Source of the DNA: an uncultured Gemmatimonadales bacterium
GTDB taxonomy: Bacteria; Gemmatimonadota; Gemmatimonadetes; Longimicrobiales; RSA9
DNA: 64,000 nucleotides
NCBI GenBank assembly: GCA_963708135.1
Contig: OY970192.1
Span: forward strand, 1,632,001 to 1,696,000
Reading direction: 5' to 3'
A program made the position numbers and the translations under genes. The notes under the pieces were generated by a model. That model saw nothing but the letters and a program-made list of their open reading frames with translations, did not search any database and was not told the origin of the DNA. This document shows positions 18,891-27,919 of this stretch, one piece after another; the stretch's first letter is position 1; every line of letters begins with the position of its first letter.

Positions 18891-19741
18891 GGTCGGACGA
18901 GTATCTGAGCGGAATCCGCGGCGCCCTGGACGAGCAGGACCGGGAGGAGCGCGTGGAGCAGGAGGAGCGGGCGGCGCGCCAGCCGGCCGGGACGCGCCCG
19001 CCGAGGCAGCGGCACCTGATCCGGCTGGAGCACGTGTCGCTGGCGTTCGACCGGCCGGTGCTCGACGACGTGGACATGGACGTGGTGGAGGGGGAGACGC
19101 TGCTCGTGCTCGGCGAATCGGGGGTGGGCAAGTCGACGATCCTCAAGCTGATCCTGCGGCTGCTGCTGCCGGACGAGGGGCACATCCGGGTGTGTGGGCA
19201 GGAGATCACCGAGCTGTCGTTCGAGGAGGTGCTGGACCTGCGGCGGCGGATCGGGATGGTGTTCCAGAGCTCGGCCCTCTTCGACTCGATGTCGGTCTAC
19301 GGCAACGTGGCGTATCCGCTCGAGGAGAACACGAAGATGGACCAGGACCGCATCGAGCAGATCGTGCGCGAGAAGCTGGAGTTCGTGGACCTCGACCCCG
19401 ACCAGGTGATGGACCAGCTGCCGGCCGAGCTGTCGGGCGGGATGCGCAAGCGGGTCGGCATCGCGCGCGCCATCGCGACGAACCCCGAGATCGTGCTCTA
19501 CGACGAGCCGACCGCGGGCCTCGATCCGCTGGCGGTCGAGACGATCACCGATCTGATCAAGAAGCTGCAGCGCGAGCTCGGCGTCACGTCCATTCTCGTG
19601 ACGCACGACCTGCGCGCCGGCTTCAAGGTGGCGTCGCGGGTGAATCTGCTGCGCGACGGAGAGATCATCTTTCGCGGCACGCCCGAGGAGATGGTGGCCA
19701 CGGAGGATCCTTACATCCGCACGTTCATCAACGCGAGCTGA
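18887..19741 (+). CDS. mlaF: MlaF family ABC ATP-binding protein
   Basis: GESGVGKS, FQSSALFDSM, LSGGMRKRVGIARA, LYDEPTAGLDP, VTHD. Confidence 0.93.
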   Translation: MRSDEYLSGIRGALDEQDREERVEQEERAARQPAGTRPPRQRHLIRLEHVSLAFDRPVLDDVDMDVVEGETLLVLGESGVGKSTILKLILRLLLPDEGHIRVCGQEITELSFEEVLDLRRRIGMVFQSSALFDSMSVYGNVAYPLEENTKMDQDRIEQIVREKLEFVDLDPDQVMDQLPAELSGGMRKRVGIARAIATNPEIVLYDEPTAGLDPLAVETITDLIKKLQRELGVTSILVTHDLRAGFKVASRVNLLRDGEIIFRGTPEEMVATEDPYIRTFINAS

Positions 19742-19744
19742 GCC

Positions 19745-20755
19745 ATGGCGCGGCGGCGAGGGAAAGGGTTGGAGTGGAGCCAGGTGCGGGTCGGCATCGT
19801 GCTGGTGGTCGCGATGCTGGTCCTGCTCTTCGGGATCCTCAGCGTGGGCAAGCTGTTCAACCTCTTCGCCAAGAACTATCAGCTCGTCGCGCTGGTGCGC
19901 TCCGCCGCCGGCCTGCCGCACGGCGCCCCCGTCGCCCTGGCCGGCGAGCGGGTGGGCAAGGTAGAGGCGATCGACTTCATCCCGATGGGCGAGAAGCCCG
20001 CCGACTTCAACATCCTCGTCCACCTCACCGTGGCGAAGAAGGTCGAGAGCCAGATCCGGCGCGACTCCAGGGTCCGGCTCCGCACCCAGGGGCTGCTCGG
20101 TGACAAGTACATCGACATCTCGCCCGGCAGCCTCAACGCCCCGCCGCTCCAGCCGGGCGACACACTCCGCAGCCTGCCGTCGGCCGACTTCGACGAGCTG
20201 CTCGCCAACGCCGGCCAGGCGCTCGAGCAGGGCCGCGCCACGGTCGCGGACATGCGCGCCCTGGTGCACCGGATGTCCAGCGGCCAGGGAACACTGGGCC
20301 GCCTCATCGACGACGACCGGCTGTACCTGCACATGGATGCGGCCACCGTGCAGCTGCAGCAGACGCTCGCCGCGATGAACGACCCGAACGGCTCCCTCGG
20401 CCGGCTCATTCACGATCCGGCGATGTACGACCACCTCGCGCGCGCCACCGCCCGCGTGGACAGCATTGCCCGCCTGGTGCTCGCCGGGCAGGGCAGCCTC
20501 GGCAAGCTCATCGCCAGCGACTCCCTCTACCGCGGCTTCCTCAACATCATGGGCAGCGCCGACCAGGCCGCCACCGGCCTCGCCGGCATGCTCGGCACCT
20601 TCCAGTCCGGCCAGGGGACGATGCAGCGCCTCATGACCGACCCCGGCCTCTACGACGAGCTGCTCAAGTCGGTCATCGATCTGCAGACCATGATCAACGA
20701 TGTCCGGCAGAACCCCACCAAGTACAAGCCCGACATCCACGTGAAGGTCTTCTAG
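19745..20755 (+). CDS. mlaD: MlaD/MCE family substrate-binding protein
   Basis: N-terminal TM; GLPHGAPVALAGERVGKV, GLLGDKYIDISPG; helical tail with repeated G(T/S)LG(R/K)LI motifs. Confidence 0.9.
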   Translation: MARRRGKGLEWSQVRVGIVLVVAMLVLLFGILSVGKLFNLFAKNYQLVALVRSAAGLPHGAPVALAGERVGKVEAIDFIPMGEKPADFNILVHLTVAKKVESQIRRDSRVRLRTQGLLGDKYIDISPGSLNAPPLQPGDTLRSLPSADFDELLANAGQALEQGRATVADMRALVHRMSSGQGTLGRLIDDDRLYLHMDAATVQLQQTLAAMNDPNGSLGRLIHDPAMYDHLARATARVDSIARLVLAGQGSLGKLIASDSLYRGFLNIMGSADQAATGLAGMLGTFQSGQGTMQRLMTDPGLYDELLKSVIDLQTMINDVRQNPTKYKPDIHVKVF

Positions 20756-21178
20756 GGGCCGCCGCCGCGCGCCCCGCCCCCGGGGCTCGGGGTCCGGCGG
20801 TCGGGGCGCGACGCTGTCCGTTTCTCGCGGCCTCGGACGTTGTGGAGTGGCATTCCGCCGGGACTCACCGCCTTGCGGAACGGTTGCATTCGTCCCAGGC
20901 TCCGGAACTCCGAGACAGCGATTCGTCAGATCGTGGCAGCCGAAGAAACGAAATCCTCGGCGGTCGCGCCACGGGCGCGGCTCGCCGGAAACGTCCTATC
21001 TCGTATCCCGACGCGACTCCGCCTCCCGTCACTCGGCACGCGTGGCCGGTGGTGTCGTCGCGCACTCAACCCCGGCGCGGCCTGGCCGTCCGGGACCGTG
21101 GGGCCGCTCCACGCACCCTTGGCGTGGGCCGGCCCCACACTTCATCTCACGCGGTCGAGAGACCAAAGGAGGAAGTTC

Positions 21179-24100
21179 ATGCAGCAACTCTCGCGTTGCG
21201 TCCCTCCGGGACGCGTGCGGAGGCGGGGAGCCGCAGTGCTCCTGGCGGCCTTCGCGGCGGTGGCCGCCCTTCTCTCTCCGGGGGCGGTACGGGCCCAGGC
21301 GGGCGAGGTGGGCGGCACCGTGGTGGCTGCGAACTCGCTGCAACCGTTGTCGGGGGCGCAGATCAGCGTCGTCGGGACGAACAACGGCGTGGTTGCCGGT
21401 CCGGACGGGCGGTTCGTGCTGCACGGCGTCGCAGGGGCGCAGGTCGAGCTGCAGGCGACGATGCTCGGCTACAAGACGGCGACGCAGACGGTGGCGGTCG
21501 GCACGATGGACGTGCGCTTCGAGCTGGCGCAGTCGGCGATCTCGCTGAACGAGCTGGTGGTGACGGGGACCCCGCAGGCGGAGCAGAAGCGGGCGCTCGG
21601 GAACGTGGTCTCGACAGTGGACGCCGCCGCGATCGTCGCGAAGGCGCCTGTAAGCACCGTAGACGAGGTGCTGAACGGGCGCGTGGCCGGCGTGAGCATC
21701 CTCTCCTCGACGGGCGAGGTCGGCGGCGCGAGCCGGATCCACATCCGCGGCGCGACGAGCTTCTCGCTTTCGAACACGCCGCTGATCTACATCGACGGCA
21801 TCCGGGTCAACAACTCCGAGGCTACGGGTCCGCAGACCCAGTCCTTCGGCTCGAGCACGATCTCGCGGTGGAACGACCTGGACCCGAACGAGATCGAGAG
21901 CATCCAGGTGATCAAGGGGCCGGCGGCCGCCACGTTGTACGGCACGGAGGCGGCGCATGGCGTGATCCAGATCATCACCAAGCACGGGCAGAGCGGCGCG
22001 CCCCAGTTTCACCTCCAGGTCAGGGGTGGCGGCAACTCGTTCAGCAACCCCGAGGGGCGGCTTTGGACCAACTATTTCATGGTCAACAATCAGCTCCAGT
22101 CGATCGATCTCACGCAGCTGGAGCAGCGCTGGACGGCGGCCGCGGACTCGATGGGCGTCTCGCCGACGATCTTCCGCACCGGCGGGCTGGCGTCGGCGGA
22201 CCTGAACGTCTCCGGCGGAAACGGCGGCACACACTACTTCCTCTCGGGCGGCCTCGAGCAGAACCAGGGCGTCGTCCCGAGCAACCAGGTCCGCAAGGGC
22301 AACGCGCGGATGAACGTCACGGTCACGCCGGGCGAGCACTGGTCCGCGAACGGCAGCTTCGGGTACGTGGTCGGCCGCACCGACATGGGGCCGGAGTCCG
22401 GCTGGGGCGGCATTCCGTGGACCACCTACTATATGCGCCCCGACAAGATCAACACGTACCACAGGGGCTTCTACAGCTACACGCCCGACGCGTACAACAC
22501 GGCCTTCCAGCTCTGGCAGGACCTGTCCCGCTTCACGGGGAGCGTGCAGCTGCACTACAACCCGACGTCGTGGTTCACGAACCGGGTGACGGTCGGTCTC
22601 GACCAGGTTCACCAGGGGGACAACGAAATCGACAAGAACGTGCCGCAGTACGCCTATCAGGACTCCTACTTCGCCATCGGCGGCCACTGGACGACGGCCT
22701 GGGACATCAACTACACGACGGTCGACTACGCGGGCAACATCACCGCCGACCTGAGTCCGAACTTCAAGTCAACGACGTCTATCGGCGCGCAGTACTACCG
22801 CAAGCACCAGGACTGGATCTCCGCGGGCAACTCGGACTTCCCGGTCCCCGGCCTCACCTCGATCACCGCCACGACCGGCCAGCCCGACCTGCCAACGGGT
22901 GACTACATCAACAACATCACGGCCGGGGTCTTCGCACAGGAGCAGATCGGCTGGCTGAACCGCCGCTTCCTGACCGTGGCGCTACGGCGCGACCAGAACA
23001 GCGCGTTCGGAACGAACTACGGGGCGGCCTACTATCCGAAGGTCAGTGGCTCCTGGGTTCTCACCGATGAGCCGTTCTTCCATGTCTCCGCGCTCAACAC
23101 GCTGAAGCTGCGGGCGGCCTACGGCGCAACGGGCGAGCAGCCCGACCAGTTCGCAGCGCTACGCACGTTCCAGCCCGTGCCAGGCCCGATTGGCGGCACG
23201 GTCACACCGCAGAACGTCGGCAACCCGGATCTCGGTCCGGAGCGCACGGCCGGGCTCGAGGCCGGCTTCGATGCGGGCGTGGCGAACGATCGGATCGGCA
23301 TCGAGTTCACCTACTTCAACCAGGTGACGAAGGACGCGATCCTGCTCCGGCAGATCGCTCCATCGACCGGTTTCTCCGGCAGCCAGTACGTGAACGCCGG
23401 ACGCGTGGACAACAACGGGCTCGAGGTGAACATCCACGGGTCGCCGATCGTGCGCCCCGCCTTCGGGTGGGACCTCGGCGTCAACTTCTCGACCAACAAC
23501 AACACGATCAAGAGCCTGGGTAGCGTGACCGACCAGAATTACGTCCAGGCCGGCAGCTACGTCCGCCACGAGATCGGCTACCCGGTCGGCTCCTGGTTCG
23601 AGAAGAAGCTGGTGAGCGCCACGCTGAACGCGGACGGCACGACCAGCAACCTGATGTGCGACAACGGCAGCGGCGGCACCGTCGATTGCGCCAACGCGCC
23701 GCAGGTCTTCCTCGGCCGCAACATCCCGAAGTTCCAGGGCGGCGTCAACAGCACGTTCACGCTGTTCCGCAACCTCGAGCTGTTCGGGCAGATCGACTTC
23801 GAGACCGGCTTCTCCAAGCTCGACGGGAACGAGCGCGTGCGCTGCTGGTTCTTTGCCGAGTGCCTGGCCAACTGGGATCCCACCTCGGCGGACCCGGTCA
23901 CGGTGGCAGGCTACCAGCACGACTTCGTGTCCGGCCTGATTCACAAAGCCGGCTTCGCAAGGCTGCGCGAGCTCTCGGCGACGTATCACCTCCCGCACTC
24001 GCTCACGCAGCGTCTCGGCGTGAATGGCGCCAGCCTGACGGTTGCCGGACGCAACCTCGCCATTTGGACCAAGTACCCGGGCCTCGACCCCGAGGCCACG

Positions 24101-24199
24101 TTCAACGGCGGCAGCCGCGGCGGCTCGTACAGCCTGTGGGAGCAGGACGTCTTCCCGCAGCTCGAGCAGTTCACCGCGACCCTCAACCTCACCTTCTGA
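21179..24199 (+). CDS. susC: SusC/RagA family TonB-dependent outer membrane transporter
   Basis: RBS AGGAGG; signal peptide; LNELVVTG, IHIRGATS, PLIYIDG, IESIQVIKGPAAATLYG.EAAHGVIQIITK, YPGLDPE; C-terminal F. Confidence 0.93.
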   Translation: MQQLSRCVPPGRVRRRGAAVLLAAFAAVAALLSPGAVRAQAGEVGGTVVAANSLQPLSGAQISVVGTNNGVVAGPDGRFVLHGVAGAQVELQATMLGYKTATQTVAVGTMDVRFELAQSAISLNELVVTGTPQAEQKRALGNVVSTVDAAAIVAKAPVSTVDEVLNGRVAGVSILSSTGEVGGASRIHIRGATSFSLSNTPLIYIDGIRVNNSEATGPQTQSFGSSTISRWNDLDPNEIESIQVIKGPAAATLYGTEAAHGVIQIITKHGQSGAPQFHLQVRGGGNSFSNPEGRLWTNYFMVNNQLQSIDLTQLEQRWTAAADSMGVSPTIFRTGGLASADLNVSGGNGGTHYFLSGGLEQNQGVVPSNQVRKGNARMNVTVTPGEHWSANGSFGYVVGRTDMGPESGWGGIPWTTYYMRPDKINTYHRGFYSYTPDAYNTAFQLWQDLSRFTGSVQLHYNPTSWFTNRVTVGLDQVHQGDNEIDKNVPQYAYQDSYFAIGGHWTTAWDINYTTVDYAGNITADLSPNFKSTTSIGAQYYRKHQDWISAGNSDFPVPGLTSITATTGQPDLPTGDYINNITAGVFAQEQIGWLNRRFLTVALRRDQNSAFGTNYGAAYYPKVSGSWVLTDEPFFHVSALNTLKLRAAYGATGEQPDQFAALRTFQPVPGPIGGTVTPQNVGNPDLGPERTAGLEAGFDAGVANDRIGIEFTYFNQVTKDAILLRQIAPSTGFSGSQYVNAGRVDNNGLEVNIHGSPIVRPAFGWDLGVNFSTNNNTIKSLGSVTDQNYVQAGSYVRHEIGYPVGSWFEKKLVSATLNADGTTSNLMCDNGSGGTVDCANAPQVFLGRNIPKFQGGVNSTFTLFRNLELFGQIDFETGFSKLDGNERVRCWFFAECLANWDPTSADPVTVAGYQHDFVSGLIHKAGFARLRELSATYHLPHSLTQRLGVNGASLTVAGRNLAIWTKYPGLDPEATFNGGSRGGSYSLWEQDVFPQLEQFTATLNLTF

Positions 24200-24211
24200 G
24201 CGGGGCTAGCC

Positions 24212-25495
24212 ATGAATTCGAACCACACGCGCAGAACGCTCCGCGAGGTGCTCCGGCCCGCCCGCTGGGGGCTGGCCGGCGCCGCGCTGGCGGCTCTGCT
24301 TGCCGGCTGTAACCTCCTGAAGGTGGACGCGCCGAGCCGGATCCCGGCCGACCAGCTCGCGTCTCCCAACAACGCCTCACTCCTCGTGCAGGGTGCCGTG
24401 GCGGATTTCGAGTGCGCGTACGGCGCATACGTCGGCCTCACGGCGGAGCTCTCCCACGAGATGGTGGATGCCACCGAGACCGCCGCCCGCTGGGTCTACG
24501 ACAAGCGGGACGTACACTCGAACGACGCGCTGTACGGCACCTCGGGGTGCGAGGCCCTGGGCGTCTACACGCCCCTGTCCACCGCCCGCTGGTCGGCGGA
24601 CAACATCCTGACCAAGCTCCAGGCCTGGAGTGACGCGGAGGTGCCGGACCGGCAGAAGCTGATCGCGACGGCTGCCGCATACGCAGGCTACGACTACCTG
24701 CTCCTCGGCGAGGGCTTCTGCAGCGCCGCGATCGACCTTTCGGCGCCGCTGACCTCGCAGGAGCTCTTTGCTCAGGCCGAGGATCGTTTCACCACCGCCA
24801 TCCAGGCCGCGCAGAGCTCGGGGTCTACCGACATCCTGAACCTCGCCTACGTCGGCAGGGCCAGGGCGCGACTGGACCAGGGCGACCTCCAGGGCGCCGG
24901 CGCCAATGCCGCGCTCGTTCCCGCCGGTTTCGAGTTCGACGCAACGGCGTCCGCATCCGCCAGCCGCCGCAGCAACCGCGTCTATGCCCAGAACGGGCAG
25001 AATCCGACCACCGGCGGCGAGGCGATGTCGGTGGACTCCGCCTACATCGATGTGATGTTCGACGGGGTCGCGGATCCGCGCGTTCCGGTGGTCGATGCCC
25101 ACTTCAGCACGACCAACGGGACGCCGATGTTCTATCAGCTCAAGTACAACTCGCTCTCCGATCCGATCCCGGTCGCGACCTACACGGAGGCGCAGCTGAT
25201 TCTGGCCGAGGCGGAGGGCGGGCAGCAGGCGGTCAACATCATCAATCAGCTGCACGATGCCGTCGGGTTGCCGCACTTCCAGAGCACGAACCCGGATTCC
25301 ATCGAGGCGCAGATCCTCTGGGAGCGGCGCAGCGCGCTGTGGCTCCAGGGTGAGCGCTTCTACGACATCCGCCGCATGAACCTGCCGCTCGTGCCGGCGC
25401 CTGGCGCGCCGTACAAGAACGGCGGCGTGTACGGCGACACGCGCTGTCTGCCGCTTCCGGACGTGGAGACCAACAACAACCCCAACGCCGGCTGA
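24212..25495 (+). CDS. susD: RagB/SusD family nutrient uptake lipoprotein
   Basis: LLAGC lipobox; EAQLILAEA, ERRSALWLQGERFYDIRR, LPLPDVE..NNPN; follows SusC. Confidence 0.9.
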   Translation: MNSNHTRRTLREVLRPARWGLAGAALAALLAGCNLLKVDAPSRIPADQLASPNNASLLVQGAVADFECAYGAYVGLTAELSHEMVDATETAARWVYDKRDVHSNDALYGTSGCEALGVYTPLSTARWSADNILTKLQAWSDAEVPDRQKLIATAAAYAGYDYLLLGEGFCSAAIDLSAPLTSQELFAQAEDRFTTAIQAAQSSGSTDILNLAYVGRARARLDQGDLQGAGANAALVPAGFEFDATASASASRRSNRVYAQNGQNPTTGGEAMSVDSAYIDVMFDGVADPRVPVVDAHFSTTNGTPMFYQLKYNSLSDPIPVATYTEAQLILAEAEGGQQAVNIINQLHDAVGLPHFQSTNPDSIEAQILWERRSALWLQGERFYDIRRMNLPLVPAPGAPYKNGGVYGDTRCLPLPDVETNNNPNAG

Positions 25496-25522
25496 GCCGT
25501 TCCGGCCGGTCCTGACAGGCGA

Positions 25523-25560
25523 CGGCCCCCGCACCGCGAGGTGCGGGGGCCGCTTCGTTC
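25523..25560 (+). terminator. Rho-independent terminator after susCD
   Basis: CGGCCCCCGCACC-GCGA-GGTGCGGGGGCCG followed by CTTCGTTC. Confidence 0.75.
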
Positions 25561-25614
25561 CCGGCCGGGTGTTGGCGCGCCGCACGGCTACTCGCGCGGC
25601 CGCGGGCTGCAGCC

Positions 25615-26082
25615 TCAACCGCGCGCTCCCGCCTCCCGCAGCAGCGGAGGGAGGAAGCGGGCCCCGGCGCCCCCCCTCCGCGCCGCGTCGCCGGGATTCG
25701 AGACGGCGCAGCGGTCGAGCGAGAGACAGCCGCACCCGATGCACGAGTCCAGCCCGTCCCGCAGCGCGACCAGCGCCTCGATCTGCTCGTCAAGCCGCGC
25801 CCGCCAGCCGCGCGAGAGACGGGTCCAGTCCGCCCGCGTGGGCGCCCGGCCGCCCGGAAGCTGCGCCAGCGCCTCTCGCACCTCGTCCAGACTCAGCCCG
25901 ATGTTCTGCGCCGCCCGCAGGAAGGCCAGCCGCCGCAGCACGTCGCGCCCGAAGCGACGCTGCCCGCCGCCGGTGCGCGTGGCGGCAATGAGCCCCTCGC
26001 GCTCGTAGTAGCGCACGGCCGAGGCGGCCAGCCCGCTGCGCGCGGCGACCTCGCCGACGGCGAGGGTGTTGGAGGTGGTCAT
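25615..26082 (-). CDS. soxR: Redox-sensitive transcriptional activator SoxR
   Basis: MerR HTH VGEVAARSG..SAVRYYE; RTGGGQRRF; [2Fe-2S] motif CIGCGCLSLDRC; NPGD. Confidence 0.96.
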   Translation of the reverse strand: MTTSNTLAVGEVAARSGLAASAVRYYEREGLIAATRTGGGQRRFGRDVLRRLAFLRAAQNIGLSLDEVREALAQLPGGRAPTRADWTRLSRGWRARLDEQIEALVALRDGLDSCIGCGCLSLDRCAVSNPGDAARRGGAGARFLPPLLREAGARG

Positions 26083-26091
26083 GTCGGCCCC

Positions 26092-26122
26092 TTGACTTGA
26101 AGTTGACTTCAACTTGTAAGAT
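26092..26122 (+). promoter_or_regulatory. SoxR-activated promoter (SoxR box in a 19-bp spacer)
   Basis: -35 TTGACT (26092), 19-bp spacer overlapped by the dyad TTGAAGT-TG-ACTTCAA, -10 TAAGAT (26117). This is classic MerR geometry. Confidence 0.88.
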
Positions 26123-26156
26123 GGGGGGACGACGCTCACGACACAAGGAGAGAGAC

Positions 26157-26855
26157 ATGCGCACGGCCCTCATCACCGGCGGCTCCCGCGGCCTCGGCCG
26201 CGCCATCGTCCATGCCCTCGCCCGGCGGGGCTGGTCGGTCATCCTCGACGGGCGCGACGCCGCCGTCCTGCGCGCGTCCGTAGCGGCGCTGCCGGCGGGC
26301 CGCGTTCGCGCGCTCGCCGGGGACGTCACGGACGCGGTGCACCGGGAGGCCCTGCTCTCGACGGCGCGGGAGCTGGGCGCGCTGGACCTGCTGTGCAACA
26401 ACGCCAGCGCGCTCGGTCCGAGCCCGCTCCGGGAGCTGGCCGTCTACCCGCCGGCGGAGCTCGCCCGGGTGCTGGAGTCCAACCTGCTCGCGCCGCTGGC
26501 GCTCATGCAGGGCACGCTGCCGATGCTGGCGGAGGCCGGCGGCACGATCGTGAACGTGAGCTCGGACGCGGCGGTGGAGGCGTATCCGGGCTGGGGCGGC
26601 TACGGCGCGTCGAAGGCGGCGCTGGATCGTGTCTCGGCGGTGCTGGCGGCCGAGCGGCCGGCCGTGCGGGTGTACGCGTTCGACCCCGGGGACATGCGCA
26701 CGGAAATGCACCAGCGTGCCTATCCCGGGCAGGACATCTCGGACCGGCCGGAGCCGGAGACGGTGGTCCCTTCCCTGCTCCGGCTGCTGGAGGAGCGGCC
26801 GCCGAGCGGACGCTACCGCGCGGCAGACCTCCGTCCGGCCTCGGTTTTCCCGTGA
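26157..26855 (+). CDS. Short-chain dehydrogenase/reductase
   Basis: TGGSRGLG, NNAS, NVSS, YGASK, DPGDMRT; RBS AAGGAG. Confidence 0.92.
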   Translation: MRTALITGGSRGLGRAIVHALARRGWSVILDGRDAAVLRASVAALPAGRVRALAGDVTDAVHREALLSTARELGALDLLCNNASALGPSPLRELAVYPPAELARVLESNLLAPLALMQGTLPMLAEAGGTIVNVSSDAAVEAYPGWGGYGASKAALDRVSAVLAAERPAVRVYAFDPGDMRTEMHQRAYPGQDISDRPEPETVVPSLLRLLEERPPSGRYRAADLRPASVFP

Positions 26856-27919
26856 ACGCCGGGTCCGCCGGTCCCCATCGGGCCGTGAAGTCGGGTCTCC
26901 CGCGGGAGCCGGTGGCGACGACACCGCCGGAGGCGAGAGGGCTGGCCAGGGATGAGGTCCGGCTCCTCGTCGCCGGACCGGGCGGTGCCATACACACGCG
27001 GTTCCGCGCCCTGCCGCGCTTTATCCGGCCCGGCGACCTGCTGGTGGTCAACACGTCGGCCACCTTGCCGGCGGCGGTGGACGCGCGCCGGGACGACGGC
27101 GCGCCGGTGACCGTTCACGCCTCCACGTCGCTGGATGATGGAAGCTGGCTGGTGGAGGTGCGCCCGCCCGGCCACGCCACGGGCCCGCTGCCCGACGCGC
27201 GGCGCGGCGAGCGTCTCGCGCTTCCGGGCGGCGCGCGGCTGACGCTCGAGGCGGCGTACCCCGACCAGGCGGCGGAGCGCTCCCGGCTATGGCGGGCGCG
27301 GATCTCGGGGGCCGCGGGGCTGCGCGGGATCCTCGCGCGGCACGGGCGGCCGATCGCGTACGCCTACGTGCGGGGGCGCTGGCCGCTGGCGGCGTACCAG
27401 GCGGTCTTCGCGCGGCACCCCGGGAGCGCGGAGATGCCGAGCGCCGGCCGTCCGTTCAGCCGCCGGCTGGTGCGTTCGCTGCTTGCCCGCGGGGTCGGGA
27501 TCGCGCCTGTGGTGCTGCACACGGGCGTGTCCTCGGGGGAAGGTCCGCTTCCCGAGCCGTTCCGGGTGCCGCGAGGCACTGCCCGGCGGATCGAGGCGGT
27601 GCATGCGGCCGGCGGGCGCGTCATCGCCGTGGGAACGACCGTGACGCGCGCCCTGGAGACGCTCGCGGCGGAGGACGGGACGGTGCGCCACGGCGGCGGC
27701 TGGACCGATCTGGTGCTTGGGCCGCGGCGTCCGGCGCGGGCGGTGGACGGGATCGTGACCGGGTGGCACCCGGCGGGTGCATCGCACCTGGAGCTGCTCG
27801 CGGCCGTGGCCGGGCGCCGGCTCGTACGCCGGGCGTACCGCGCGGCGCGCGCCGCGCGGTACCTGTGGCACGAGTTCGGGGACAGCGCGCTGTTCCTGCG
27901 CGCTACTTCGGGAGCGTGA
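26852..27919 (+). CDS. QueA-like protein (SAM:tRNA ribosyltransferase-isomerase fold, divergent)
   Basis: RDEVRLLV, GDLLVVNTS, YQAVFA, VGTTVTRALET, FGDSAL; non-canonical EMPSAGRPF / LHTG / GWH / YLWHEFGD motifs; GTG overlaps the SDR stop. Confidence 0.85.
   Translation: MNAGSAGPHRAVKSGLPREPVATTPPEARGLARDEVRLLVAGPGGAIHTRFRALPRFIRPGDLLVVNTSATLPAAVDARRDDGAPVTVHASTSLDDGSWLVEVRPPGHATGPLPDARRGERLALPGGARLTLEAAYPDQAAERSRLWRARISGAAGLRGILARHGRPIAYAYVRGRWPLAAYQAVFARHPGSAEMPSAGRPFSRRLVRSLLARGVGIAPVVLHTGVSSGEGPLPEPFRVPRGTARRIEAVHAAGGRVIAVGTTVTRALETLAAEDGTVRHGGGWTDLVLGPRRPARAVDGIVTGWHPAGASHLELLAAVAGRRLVRRAYRAARAARYLWHEFGDSALFLRATSGA

Noticed and set aside
19745..20755. Fourfold GxLGxLIxD repeat in MlaD
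   Set aside because: A common feature of long helical MCE proteins; not novel.
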